Both the position numbers and the translations under genes were made by a program. A stretch of 62,660 bases of DNA, filler included, from Sphacelaria rigidula (taxonomy: Eukaryota), in the NCBI GenBank assembly GCA_964200075.2. It is 8 parts of 8 records of this genome, joined end to end, with 100 filler letters (N's around TTAATTAATTAA, not from the genome) between each part and the next. Parts side by side here need not be neighbours in the genome. Positions count along the whole stretch, not along the records: positions 47,074 to 54,817 come from CAXNAA020013597.1; positions 54,918 to 62,660 come from CAXNAA020013598.1; 6 more parts are not named here. The stretch is one strand, 5' to 3'. The stretch's first letter is position 1. Each line of letters opens with the position of its first letter. Below, in pieces: positions 50,099-62,462 of this stretch. The notes beneath the pieces are model-generated. The model saw only the letters and a list, made by a program, of their open reading frames with translations, was not told the DNA's origin and ran no database searches.

Positions 50099-51015
50099 CC
50101 ACAAGAGGAAGGCCAACACGGCAGTTTTTGATTTTCGAATTAGATTTAGTATTTTCACCTTCCTTCTGCGGGGTGTGCCTTAATTTTTTATCACGAGAGA
50201 TTCAGCGGTCCCTTCCCTCGTCGACCGTGAAGACGAATTTAGGGTACCCACGACGTAGTGGCTCTCCACTCTTGGGGGATGATGTGAGAAAAATCCCAGA
50301 TCGTGTGTCTGTACCGAGATTCGCACCCACGACTCCACCGCGAGAAGCAGTGTTACTCCTTTTCGATCATATGGGGACGATGTTTCGTAAGGTTGGGTGT
50401 CAAGGTAATCCGCACCTCGCTAGTGATGACGCCAAAACTTGAAGGATGTGTAGATTGGTGAACGGCAAGGTATCACAGTCACAGCAGTAGCCGCGCAAGG
50501 CGCTCTGGGTCCGGTCTGCATTTGAAGCGGTGGATACCAGCAGTGATTGCATTTTGTTTCAGACACGTCCTGTCTGATGACGATTATACTGGCCGGGTCG
50601 GCCCGCAGGCCGCAGTGGATCGTGTGCCGGCCTCATTATGAATCTTCGCCCAGTTATGGATGACCGTTCGCAGAAACCCGGCAAAGAAGTATCGTTCATG
50701 CTCCGTAGTATATTAGAGTGTTGGGGGCTGAAGGTTTCCGCTCCAAGTCGCTCGACGACAGGTCAAGGTTAAGCTCCTCACGCGCGACCACTGCGTTCTG
50801 CCACGGACCCTTGCTGGCGTGTCTGGACGCAGGTACAAATAGTACCAGTCCCAGCGGATGCCGCTTGCTGACCGCCGGGTAGCCGGCACGGTGCTTCTAG
50901 TGGTGTTATTCTAGCGATATCAACTTACAGAGCACTGTTGGGGGCGGGGGGGTTGCACGTTGATATGTTGGCGATTGCCCCACCTACACTTCACCCTTAT
51001 CTTATAGATTTTTTC

Positions 51016-51901
51016 AAGGGCAGCGTACATATACTCAACACTCAGTATTTTCGAAGAGTCACACTGTAATTACTCAATTTCTGAGTAGAGTATTTGAGGC
51101 CGTACTCAATCTACTCAAAATTTGTGTAGGGTATTTGAAGCCGTACTCAAAGTGGAGAGCGACTATGTCGTGGGTACACAAAATTCGACTTAACGGTCGA
51201 CGAGGGAAAGGGATNNNNNNNNNNCACCCACATACACCGAAAGGTGTAGACTGGTGCCCAGAATAAATGGGACGACAACACAACACACACACACTCAATC
51301 CGGTCGCCCCAGTGGCTCAGTTAGTAACCTGGAATCTTTCTGACGGTTTGGTCGTGGGTTCAAATCTCGGAGAGATCTGAGATTTTTCTCACACCATGCC
51401 CAACAGTGGAAACCGACTAAGTCGTGTACACACCATATTTGACTTGACGGTCGACGAGGGAAAAGGGACTGTGTACTCTTCTCCCGATAAAAAACAAAGG
51501 CAAGCACCGCAGAAGGAAGGCGGAGTACTAAAAATAAACAACAAACAAAAGAAGCTCCTGCGTTCGCCGTCCTCCTGTGCGACCCCGGCTGGTGCGCCCG
51601 CCACATATAACGAAGGGTGTAGACCAGCGTCCAGAATAGATGGGATGACAACACACACACAACACACTCAACCCACTCAAAAGTTGAGTAGAGTATTAAG
51701 GTCACATCCATGTGATACTCTATACTTGAGTATTACTGAGAGTACTTACTCAATATTTGAGTAGAGTAGTGGAGGTCGTACTCAATCTACTTCGATTTCG
51801 AGTAGAATATTTGAGGTCGTACTCAACCTACTCAAAATTTGAGTAGAGTAAATACTCGGGTATTTTACTCGAGTAATCGAAAGTACATACTTTACTCCCT
51901 T
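51016..51901. mobile_element. Mutator-like non-autonomous element with nested SINEs
   Basis: Termini AAGGG / CCCTT, perfect 10-bp TSD AGATTTTTTC (51006-51015 and 51902-51911), and TACTCAA-rich arms. Confidence 0.75.
51300..51667 (+). mobile_element. Full-length tRNA-derived SINE (a partial copy precedes it at about 51154-51295)
   Basis: CCGGTCGCCCCAGTGGCTCAGTTAG (A box) .. GGTTCAAATC (B box) .. body .. CA-rich tail. Confidence 0.82.
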
Positions 51902-54817
51902 AGATTTTTTCACGATCTCACTGCGTAAGTTTATATGTGGAAATGCACCACACCCCGGGCAAGAGATTTTTACAGTCAGTATACAATGTCAAAAGGTATA
52001 CTGCGTACAGTATAGAATCTATTGCTTACTGCAATTTGCGCAATACGCGTACGTGTAGCCGGTACTGCACGCAGTACACTTTGTCATTGCGGCTGTCCTA
52101 CCCTACAGCTTCACCCAAAATACAAAAGACAGCCATTTTAACGGCGGAGGCGGCCTTTCGCTCCTGCGTGCGCCACCAAGGGTAACCGCACGCTTAGCTG
52201 TAACACGGACAGCTAAACAAAATGTGCCGCAACGAAGGGTGATTACCCTCGTGGACGTGGGTCCCAGCACAAGCGTCTGCGCTCATGTTGTGGCGAAGAG
52301 CGCAAGATGGCGAGGAATCAGCACAGCACAGGGATAACGTAATGATGTGACAAGCTGCGGTTTGCTATGCCATCCTGCACCCTATCGCTGATCGGTGAGG
52401 AGGCACAGTTGCCCAACGCGCCACTGCTGCGCTTGGTACGCAGTGTAAAACACGGACTGCAAGCAGTGTATTCGATGTGTATTTTTTTAAAACCGATGCG
52501 TTCAGGGTGAGGCTCGCATCTAGAGAACTCTAACTCTGCACCTAGTTCGCCTTGTTTCTTGAATAGCGGATCCTGACATAATTTCAGTAGCCAGCGCTTG
52601 CGATGTGTTCTGTGACGGATCTCGTGCGTGATGCGGCTTTCTCCACCGTGGGGTGTAGCCCGTGAAGGTTGCTGTTGATGCTGACAATGCCCATCCCTCT
52701 TCCCACGATAATGTCTTTCCTGCGCACAAGATAATTGAACGTGTCGACCATGACTCAATCTAGTGGAATGTCCACGTCTCTGAGTGAAATGCCTCCATAT
52801 TATCGAAAAGGAATAACACTGGAAGGTTTCGAGGTTACCACCTGAGCCACCGGGGCGACCAGCCGTTATTACTACATTTGGATACCGAAAACAATTTCAG
52901 ACTTTTTGGGCTGCGTTCAGATTTCTCCGGACACTAAGCGAGTTGATATTTTCGCCGAAGCTTCAATTCTGGAGGAACCCGAACAAGTCGGAATGCACCG
53001 CAGCACTTTAGGTGGCTGCCCTGTGTGCACAACGTGGTGCTCGCAAGCGTTCAAGCCTCAGGCAAAGTAGTTGGCCTCAGGCAACTGCTAAGGCATGCCT
53101 TACCCCGTATGCATGCGTGAAATGCTCTAGTTTATAGCTCGGGATGCCTGAGACTTGCCATAGACTTGCCATAGACAATCACTCCGGTTACCCGAATAAT
53201 TTGAGTGGGTGTTGTTGTAAGCTTGGTTTATTGCTATTGTTTTTGTTGCATAGTGTGTTTGCCTTTATGAAATAAGGCATCTCAGGCATAAAACACTCAT
53301 CAGGCAACCCCTTTTCGAAAAGAGGCATTAAAGCTCCCCGATATACCGATTTATTGGAGTTGGCGTCGTCATTCGTGTGCCTTACTTTCATTCTTTCTTG
53401 TAGTATACGTGTTTGCCTCGCCCAAACGAGGCATCTCAGGCGCCATACCCCCTCTCAGGCAACCCCTTTCTGAAAAGGGGCTCTAAGGCAAAAATGATCT
53501 GTAAATACTTACGTTTGTATGTATACATCATGGGGCTTGCGCGCATCTTATTATCTCACCATATTAATATCATGCATCAAGAATGTGTTTATGTCTCTCT
53601 CGATATTTGCAACGTGAGAGTCAGGGACGCATGTACGATACGCTTGCTGAAAACCATCATTGCAATTTCAAAACAGCGACCAGAACGCGCTTTATGCTCG
53701 AACAAGGCAGTCACCGTGAACGCCCCGTACCAAGTTACATTACATGAAACGTTACAACATCGTACGCAGCGTTCAATTGCTCCAACACGGTCAAACTGTA
53801 TCGTTACAAATGACAACACGCATCACATGTAAGCGTTCTGAAATACGTCATCGTGACGTGGCATGCCGTATTATTTTTCAAGACGTCATAAGACTGACGT
53901 GACCTGACGTATTATAACCAAGACGTCGCGTTTGTGACGTGACATGTAACGTTTAACTTTGAGTGCCCTGTAAAGAGCAGCTTCACCTTCAGGTGGGCGA
54001 CATTGGGCGATTTTTAGATGAACGTCGTGAATCGTTCCGTCAATCAGAGCGATCAAAGTAGTTACCCCGACCCTCTTTAGACCTGTAGCTCTACCTCAAA
54101 CTTTACTGGAAACACGCAGGGTTGATCTGGTATCCATTCGCTGACGACTGGTGAACCTGCACACCCCGCCCTGCCCTCGCCGTTAAAAACGTTGAAACCC
54201 CTCGACCGCTATGCAGTGACTGTTCCGAAACAACGCTGGAAGTCAAAAGAGTTAACGTGTGCCTATTCTGGATCCAGAATCATTTTTACTTGGAACAAAA
54301 TTGAAAAAAATGCCTATTTTGCAATTGGACCACCTCCGATGGTCGAAGGCTTGAATCGCGGAAATCAAGCGTGGATCCTGGCACCGACATGGTGCCCAAA
54401 TTGAGACTATCTCAGAAAATCCACTGTCACCTGCACCCGGCCCTGTTGTTTCGCGGTACCCACATGGGCATTATCACACAAAAGGCAGCCAACTTTGGGG
54501 CAGCTTCGACATCAAATTGTGTCACGCTGAGCCCAAGCAAATTCGGAAATCTCCGAAGTCCGCAAAGGGCAGATTTCGATGTGAAGGTTCAACCAAGAAC
54601 TTTAGCATCTTGACACCATTACGGTGCTACCTTCCAGAAAAAGTTGGTGCTGCCTTTCTTGGATATCGTAGATTGCACGGCGAGAGCGCATCCACGTGGA
54701 AAAGTATGCCTCTGCTGTGGGGCTTAGAGGTATAGGCGTGAAACGGTACTCATGATCATGCATGCCATAGTCATAGGACCATTGACCTCGCATCCCTACA
54801 AAGCCGGGACGGAGCAC

Positions 54818-54917
54818 NNNNNNNNNNNNNNNNNNNNNNNNNNNNNNNNNNNNNNNNNNNNTTAATTAATTAANNNNNNNNNNNNNNNNNNNNNNNNNNN
54901 NNNNNNNNNNNNNNNNN
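54818..54917. other. Artificial scaffold linker
   Basis: N44-TTAATTAATTAA-N44. Confidence 0.98.
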
Positions 54918-55329
54918 TTCCCGATACTGTAAGATGAAAAAAAAAAAGACCCAGCTGTCTTGGCTCGTACAAGAACCTTCCCGTGTGTGTGTCCCAACAC
55001 GTCATTTCTGCGGCAGTGCAGAGAAGTTGACCCATAAGCGCGTCACCGGTTTGTCGTCAGTGGTACGACCGGAGGACCGGAGGGTATAGCATGCACGTTC
55101 GCGCCGATCTCTTGCATAGCCGACCGTGGTACAGTATAAGCACAAGAAACCATGTTTTTATTCGGTGCCGTCCGAGTTTAACGCATACTCCCTTTCCAAG
55201 CGCAGAATATCGACTGATCGTTTGCCAGCAAATGAACCATCTTTTTTCGTCTCTCCTTTTACCGTACTCTTTCGTGCCTCTTTCGCCCCTGGTCCTGTGG
55301 TGTTTGTTTTGGTGTTTGTATGCCAATAG

Positions 55330-55446
55330 GTGCGTGCTATCTCGGCGACGAACCTTCACCTGCGCACGCATCACATATACATCGACTCGGACGACCTGAG
55401 GGAGGCTGGTTTGACGTACGTTCTTCCGAAGAACGTGCTGTCAAAG
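55330..55446 (+). CDS. PRP8: PRP8 exon ([27 protein letters not shown])
   Basis: TAG acceptor, GTGCGG donor, 39 codons. Confidence 0.95.
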
Positions 55447-58400
55447 GTGCGGATCACGGTAGATAACGCCATGTTCTAAGATAGCCCCCCTGCTTTCCCC
55501 CTCCCTCCCTAACCCTTTTGGGACCGGACTCCCAGATATATGGTGTTTGCACGCAAGGGCCTTTTGGTGAATCGGCATCATTTTTACTTGAAAATGAGTG
55601 ACGAAGATACCGAGTATCCAAAAGACCCCTGCGTGCAAACACCATGTTTTTGGGAGTCCGGTCCTATAAGGGTCAACAAGACATGATTTCAGGGAAATAA
55701 AAAATCGCTTGGATTTGGGTGGTGCAGAAGCCATGTGATCTGTACCGGGTACAATTGAGTCGCGCCCAACGAGGTAACTGAGCCCTGTGGTAAGTAGGCG
55801 GGGTCAGAAAGTGCGGTGTTCCTGTCGCGTCTGGTGCCGGTGTTGTTTTCTCCGACAAGCCTGCGATGTCCGAGCTCAGAGCCGTTTCGGAGAGCTACCG
55901 TAGACGAAGCGATGTCGACGAATGAGTGCTGCACAATATAGTCTCTCTAATGGTGTCCCCAATGTTTGTTGTTCACTCTCGCTGGTCGTATTGTGTCACG
56001 CTCCTTGTGCGTGTGTGCGTGTGTGTGTTTTCGCGTGTTTGTTGAGTTTCGCTTTTCCCCCACGTGGACGTGGTGTTGCGGACTGCTGTGCGTTTTAATC
56101 GCATTTAGCCGTTTCTTTTTTCGTGTCTCTGTCCAGTAACTCCTGCTGCCTCTCTTGTCTCGTATTGCCCGGCGGCCGTTGGTGCATTCAGTTTATCACG
56201 GTGTCGGACCTGAGGACGCAGATCGCGGGCTACCTGTACGGCGTGTCTCCACCGGACAACCCCAGAGTAAAGGAGATTCGATGCATCGTCGTTGTACCGC
56301 AGGTGACTCCTCGGAAATATATGTATTGAGAGTCTTTTTTGCCGTAACGATCCGTTGTCGTCGTTCGTGTTTGTTGTTGTAGTCTGGAAGCGTGTTCCTC
56401 TGCCTCTGGGCTTTGTGTCAGCATTAACTGTGTTACTATATTATGCTCGAAGCTGTTTTTCGTTGTTGCGCCCATATGCTGTTGTCCTTGGTTGGGTTCT
56501 CGTCGTCAGCTCCGTCCTCATCATGTTTGAATATAAACTTCCTCTGTACCATAAGTAAATGTACCTCAATTTTTACGGGCCCTTGACGATGTCCGTTTTT
56601 TTTTTTTTTCCAATGAACTCTACGGTGTTTTTTTGGTAAAGAAAATGTGTTTTGAATTTGCAGCTGGTGGTTGAACCATGCCGCCGAACAGCTGCAAAAA
56701 AAGTAGTCGGCCCAAAAATGGCCGTTTTTGCCCCTGCCCCTTTCCGAGGGGGAAAAAAGGTGTCGATTTTTTTGTTTGTTTGAATTTTTTTAATCGCCAC
56801 CGCCTTCACTGGGACTTACCGCCAGGAAGTCCCATGCGATTGGGGAAAAGAAAAAACACGACATTTTTTTCCCCCTCGGAAACGAGCAGAAAACGGCCAT
56901 TTTCGGGCCGACTACTTTTTTTGCAGTCGTTCGGCGGCATGATTCAAGCACGAGCTGCAAATTTTGAACACATTTTCTTCACCCAAAAAAACACCGTGGA
57001 GTTCAGCGTGTCCCCACACCCATATTCACAACAGCCGGTTGTAAAGATGAGATTGACCGCAAAAATGAAGCTCCAGCCCAAAAATAGTGCTTCCTCAACA
57101 CTTGGCCGATTTTTCCGCTTCGTTTTTCCCCTCGTTAGTTGCAAGTTCATGAAAGAAAAAAACGGACATCGTCAACCCGGGGACAGCGAGAGTAGGTCAT
57201 CTGTTGAATCGGCATCAGTTTCACTTGAGAAAAGTATGCATGATGCAGATAGACTACCCTCGCGGTCCAAGGGTCAAGGGCTCGTACAAATTAAGGTACC
57301 TTTACTTCTGGGACAAAGTATACATATACGTGGGCCGCACGTGCACTCACCGGTGAGCCGAAATATCGCAACAATGTTTTGGGAACAATTCAACGCAGGT
57401 GGGAAACCATCAGTCAGTGACCCTGCCGCACCAGCTGCCGGATCACGACTACCTGGACGGGCTGGAGCCGCTGGGTTGGCTTCACACGCAGCCCAACGAG
57501 CTTCCACAGCTTCCTCCCAACGACGTTGTGGTGCACTCGAGGTTTGAAATGATGATGCCGTCTGATTGGGTAGATTCGAAGCAAGTGTGTCGTGTTGGTA
57601 GGGCTGTGTTGCGATGCACGCTCTGAAAGCTGGCTGTCGCTTCTTGAGCTCTACGAGGAGGTTCTCCTGCCTGATTTTCTCCTGTTTTGCGAATCGATGG
57701 GAACGTTCGTCCGGATATGTAGACTGTACATGCTCCTCCTTGCTCATGACCTGCTGTTTCCTTTTACGAGTATCATCGTGCAGTTTCGGCTTGGTTAAGG
57801 CGGGAAAGCGGTGTTCTTTCTACCTTTCTGTACACATTTTGTTGCCCTCCCCCCCCCCCCCCCCCCCGCCCCCCCCCCCACAACCGAAATCCCAGCCCCT
57901 TTTTGGGGGTTCGTCTGGGTCAGCGCCNNNNNNNNNNTTCGCTTTGTTACGGGCGGAAACGCGGGTTTCTTCTTCCTTTTCGTTCCCCTTTTGTTGCCCC
58001 CCCCCCCCCCCCCCCGCTGAGACACTCATGAGACAACGTAACCCGTGGCTATTTCTGGGATGGTCACTGTGACCAGACCAGAAATTGAAGCAACTCAATC
58101 GAGGCTGTCTCCCGTATGCGAGATATTCAATGGATAGTGCGCCTCGGGTTGAACAATCTTAGTAGGGTGTTGATCACCCCGCATGCGACTCGCCGAACAC
58201 ATGACGGTGCTTCGTGCTTGGTTTATTGCGAGCCTGTTCCGGTAAAAACCCGGCGTGTTCCGTCCCGGCTTCGCAGGGACGCGAGATCAATGGTCTCATG
58301 ACTACAGCATGCAAGGTACACAAGTTCACCCCTCCCCCCTGTATTCTTTTGGCTCATCTCTAATAACTATTCCTCCCGTTATTGTTTTTTGTTTCATTCT

Positions 58401-59777
58401 TTTTGGTGCATGATAGGATAATGGCCGACAATAAGACGTGGGACGGGGACAAAACTATCGTGATCACGTGCAGCTTCACTCCTGGGTCGTGCAGCCTCAC
58501 GGCCTACAAGCTGACCCCTCAAGGCTTCGAATGGGGGAAAGCACACAGGGATGCAACCGCTGGAGCGCAGGGCTACGCTCCGACGCACTACGAGAAGGTT
58601 CGCCCCGCTGGCTGGTTGGCTGATTCAATGTCGTCCACGATGATACTTTGTGCTCGAATTGAGATCGTGCACCAGCTGGTCGTATTATTTTCATGACTAT
58701 AACACTGTTTTTTTTCCCTGATTTGTAATGCACACCTGCATGGGGATATTCGAGTGAGATGCGGGATGTAATTATGGAAAAGGTTCGCGAGACGCATGTT
58801 CACAGCAAACATATTGTCGCAGGATACAGTGTACATGTGCGCAGTAGTTCGATGTGAAGTGTCGTACCCCACTTACACACCCTCCTGGGTTGTGAAGGCG
58901 AGAAAAAATGCGTGGGAGCTACCTTGCTGGCAAACATGCACGAGTCAAATATCAACGTTTGCGGTATCCTGGTTTTATCCGGTCTAGGGGTTCATGATAC
59001 GGGACCGGGACAGCATGTGAGATGCTCACTCGAGTATCGTGCGGCGAAGTGCCGATCGTTGATTTTCATGCGCTTGTGTGGCATGTATGCCTTCCTCTGC
59101 ATATTTGCCGGTAACAGGTGCAAATGCTGCTGTCAGACCGCTTCCTTGGGTTCTTCATGGTGCCGGACGACGACCGTTGGAACTACAACTTCATGGGGGT
59201 GAACCACTCCGTCGGCATGAAGTACAGCCTCAAGCTTGACAACCCCAAGGTGCCCAATCGTTTCACTCATGCCCCCGTTGTTGTCGTGGCTCGGTGAATC
59301 GCACAGTGGTTGCTGGGTGGCATTCCTAGGTTTGTCCTATCTTGACCTCCAGGTGCCCGTTGGATCGCGCGACCGTTCCATTTGTGGAGTAGAAGCATGC
59401 AATGTGGCGCTTGTGCGCGACTGCTTTTGTTGTTGTTCTCCGTGCCGTACAAGCTGGGAAGTCGGCTCGCAACACGAAAGACGAATACCTGCGTTGAAAG
59501 CGTACATTTTCTGACGGTTACACGAGATCGGCTGCAGGTGATGCCCGGATGCGTGAATCATTCGTGTTTTTCCCTGCTCTCGGATAGGCCCTTCGTGCCC
59601 TCACTCTCTGTTCCATTTTTTGTTGTTGTTGTTGTTATTGTTTCGTTTTTCCTGTGACGTGCTTTTTCACAGGGATTCTACCACGAGCTGCACAGGCCAT
59701 CGCACTTCCTCAATTTCACATCCATGGAGGATGTGGAGCACGCGGCGGAGGCTGACCACGAGGATTTCTTCAATTAA
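55330..59777 (+). CDS. PRP8: Pre-mRNA-processing-splicing factor 8, last six exons (Jab1/MPN and PROCT region)
   Basis: Exons 55330-55446, 56192-56302, 57399-57541, 58417-58597, 59118-59249 and 59673-59777 splice in frame with GT-AG introns. Peptides are near-identical to known PRP8: [56 protein letters not shown] and [14 protein letters not shown]. Confidence 0.98.
55513..55672. mobile_element. piggyBac-like MITE in a PRP8 intron
   Basis: TIRs of about 50 bp, CCCTTTTGGGACCGGACTCCCA..TGGTGTTTGCACGCA / TGCGTGCAAACACCA..TGGGAGTCCGGTCCTATAAGGG, flanked by CTAA and TCAA (degenerate TTAA). Confidence 0.75.
56192..56302 (+). CDS. PRP8: PRP8 exon ([24 protein letters not shown])
   Basis: CAG acceptor, GTGACT donor, 37 codons. 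Confidence 0.96.
56576..57181. mobile_element. Foldback element in a PRP8 intron
   Basis: Outer TTGACGATGTCCG / CGGACATCGTCAA; inner arms of about 170 bp, e.g. AAAAGTAGTCGGCCC / GGGCCGACTACTTTT. Confidence 0.8.
57399..57541 (+). CDS. PRP8: PRP8 exon ([24 protein letters not shown])
   Basis: CAG acceptor, GTTTGA donor, phase 2 matching the next exon. Confidence 0.95.
58417..58597 (+). CDS. PRP8: PRP8 exon ([19 protein letters not shown])
   Basis: TAG acceptor, GTTCGC donor. Confidence 0.96.
59118..59249 (+). CDS. PRP8: PRP8 exon ([18 protein letters not shown])
   Basis: CAG acceptor, GTGCCC donor, 44 codons. Confidence 0.96.
59673..59777 (+). CDS. PRP8: PRP8 last exon ([20 protein letters not shown])
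   Basis: CAG acceptor, TAA stop at 59775-59777. Confidence 0.96.
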   Translation, partial: GFYHELHRPSHFLNFTSMEDVEHAAEADHEDFFN

Positions 59778-62029
59778 TATCTATCTCATACACGTATTTT
59801 GTTCCTTACTCGGAAAATACCTGAGCTGTTGGCCCGTACAGTAGAAGGGTGTGCGTGTGTTTGTGTTTTTTTTTCTCTTTTGCCGTCGATCGCGACTGGT
59901 ATTGGCCGAGTGTCGGACGTGGATCACGTTGAACATTGCGCCTGTATGTATTGAAGTGTGTTGGGTTGCGCGGGTGTTCTTCACTTGTACCGTTTTCTAT
60001 TATTTCCCTGTTCCTCGGGGGATTGATTTCGCTGAGTGTGTTGCTGGTCAATCAACCGTTGGTGAATGCTCTGCGTGGCAATTCTGCAAGTCAAGTTTCG
60101 GCTGTCGCAGTGCGGAGCGCAGTAGGATATGCATGGAAACACCGAGTACTCGAAGGTTGGGATGGAGAAGGACATGTATCGATCAGACCTAGATCGGTTT
60201 AGGTGGGTGTAGCCTTGTGCATGGTGATCAAGTTGGGTTTTGGTGGGCGAGGACAGAGCGATGAAGGAGTAACAAGCGCAGTATGTTTTTGATTAGATTC
60301 GAAAAAAGGAGAGGTGAAGGACAGGGTAGAGAGTTGATCGCATCAATCCAGAAGAAGAGGTGGCAACAAATGAAATCAAGTATTTGGCGGGGTGGCTTTT
60401 CAAGGGGTGCGAGCGGGAGGAAAATGTACTCTAGTGTTCAACCTTCTGGGCGTGGTGTTGCGCCTACGTTTTGATATCTAGTAGGCTGAAGTGTCAGTTT
60501 CGGCTTTCGCGGGACATGTGTGCAGCTTGCATACCACAGGCACTGCCGTTGGGTGGGGACGTTCTGTTTTGTTTTGGTTGCGTATGACCCCAAATCTTGT
60601 CGGTTTTGGTATCACCGCGAGGACCCCTCTTTGCCACTGGGGTAAGTGTAGACATAAATGTCAGCGAGGAAGAAGTTGAGCAACATTGATTGTTGGGGTG
60701 TCCTCAAGCCAGCAGCGGTGTGCGCGCCGAGTGTACGGAGCATGCACGGCTAAAAGGGCTACAGAGAATTGATTGCTTCCTCGCACGTGCTCGGCTCGTC
60801 AAAGCTGGCGATCAAGAATCGCAAACAGCCGCTGAAGACTCAATCTCTACAGAAGATGTTCCTACTGCTGCCATTTTTTATGGGGAATGAACAAATGGGG
60901 GTGTACCCCCCGGGTATGTATGGACAAAATTATGAAGTGTATATTTCGGAGGGGAGCACCCCATCACGCCGGCTACGCACCTCTTGAAACACTTTCCAGC
61001 GCCTCAGTCCCACCCCGGAGGTGCTTGAACAGCATGCCCAACCTTTTTCCTTCTACACATGGTACTAGGGTTAACTGGGGCGTGAAAAAGGGGAGCTTAT
61101 TGAAGCACCCTGTTAAGTTCACGTGAATTTTGTACCTTCTTTTTAGTCAGTTGTGACCCCCCTGCGGACCGTGCAGAGGACTCCCCGAACAGCTGCAGAC
61201 ATACCCCCATTTTGTCACTCGATCTTCCCGGAAGAGCCGAATGACCGATAAGTGATGGTCTGCTGTTTGCTGCAGTAGATCTTTAGCTTTAGTCGAAAAT
61301 CTATGGTTGACAGGATGACTACTTGGTTTTAGGGTGAAAAAAGCCCTGAGATAATTCGTGGTTTGGGGCAGGTGAGCAGTGGACCCAGCTCGTCCACAAC
61401 GTGTTTTTGTCCACGTCGGTGCCGGCGGCATCGATTCGAGGTAAATTTTCGGGCACATCTAAAGGTCGTCTCGTTTGCTCCAAAGTCCGGGAATGTGTGG
61501 AGGGTGCTGTGAAAGGTTTGGTAGAGCTTACAACTCCTTCGAAATCGCTGGAGATGTTCCAATTTTCAAATTGGTTTTTGTCTCAGGCCATTTCAGATTC
61601 GGCATTGGATTTTGGATTTCCGTGACAGAAAAATGTCTCGTTTTTTTCAGGATATATTTTCAGAACCAATCAGAACTTTTCAAGAACCTACACCCAAACC
61701 GTGACCCCTCCCACATACTTTAACCCCTGTTGTTGAAATACAGAATTCCTACAGTATATATAGCAGTACATAGTACTACAATGAACACAACACAGAAGTC
61801 CTACAGTGTTATTATACCTTTTCAAAACCTACTGTACATACAGATACCGCACAGCAGACAGCAGAGAACGATACTTGTGGTACAATGATAATGTATTATC
61901 CAATCCCGCAAGGGAGCTACCGTACCGCTGATCATGCGATCCCGCAAGGCAGCTATAAAAGTGTACCTACTACTGTAGTGCTACTGTTGTGCGACCAAAT
62001 CCTCTTGTACTGTAGTTTTTCTTGTCGTC

Positions 62030-62462
62030 TGTGGCGGTTTAAGAGACAACCAACTAGACTACTGACCAGTCAACGCTGACGAGTTGATTGTATCTTAAAC
62101 GGTCACAAAAGTTAGTCGTGGGGGTTTGATCCCCGTCACTTTCACTCCGAGGGGGGCGACTCTCCTTGCCAGCGCTCTATCGACTGCCATCAGGACCTCT
62201 ACTGTTGTTGTCGTTTTCACCGTTTCCTAGAGTTACTCGTCCCCCCCACTCATTTCAAGAGTGTGTGCACTGGGGTCCTTAGCAGTACACTCCAAACATA
62301 GCCACCAGGCTAAACCTCACTTTTTGGGGGGGGGGGCAGTTTTTTACTGAGGTTTTCCCTCCTCTTTTTTCTTCAAAGAAGGTGCGTCCGACGGGAATCG
62401 AACCAGCGACTAAACACTGACTGATCAGTAGTAGTCTAGTTGGTTGTCTCTCAAACCGTCAC
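62030..62462. repeat. Two inverted SINE-like heads
   Basis: CGGTTTAAGAGACAACCAACTAGACTACTGACCAGTCA (+) pairs with TGACTGATCAGTAGTAGTCTAGTTGGTTGTCTCTCAAACCG. The minus-strand copy has a B box, GGTTCGATTCC. Confidence 0.65.

Noticed and set aside
51300-51375. tRNA gene
   Set aside because: A and B boxes are present, but there is no complete cloverleaf and it is always attached to the same body and CA tail. It is a SINE head.
56678-57547. 289-aa ORF
   Set aside because: It runs through the foldback and MITE, and overlaps the real PRP8 exon in another frame.
26247-59777. Functional linkage between alpha-CA, PRP8 and the retroelements
   Set aside because: They lie on different scaffolds joined artificially.
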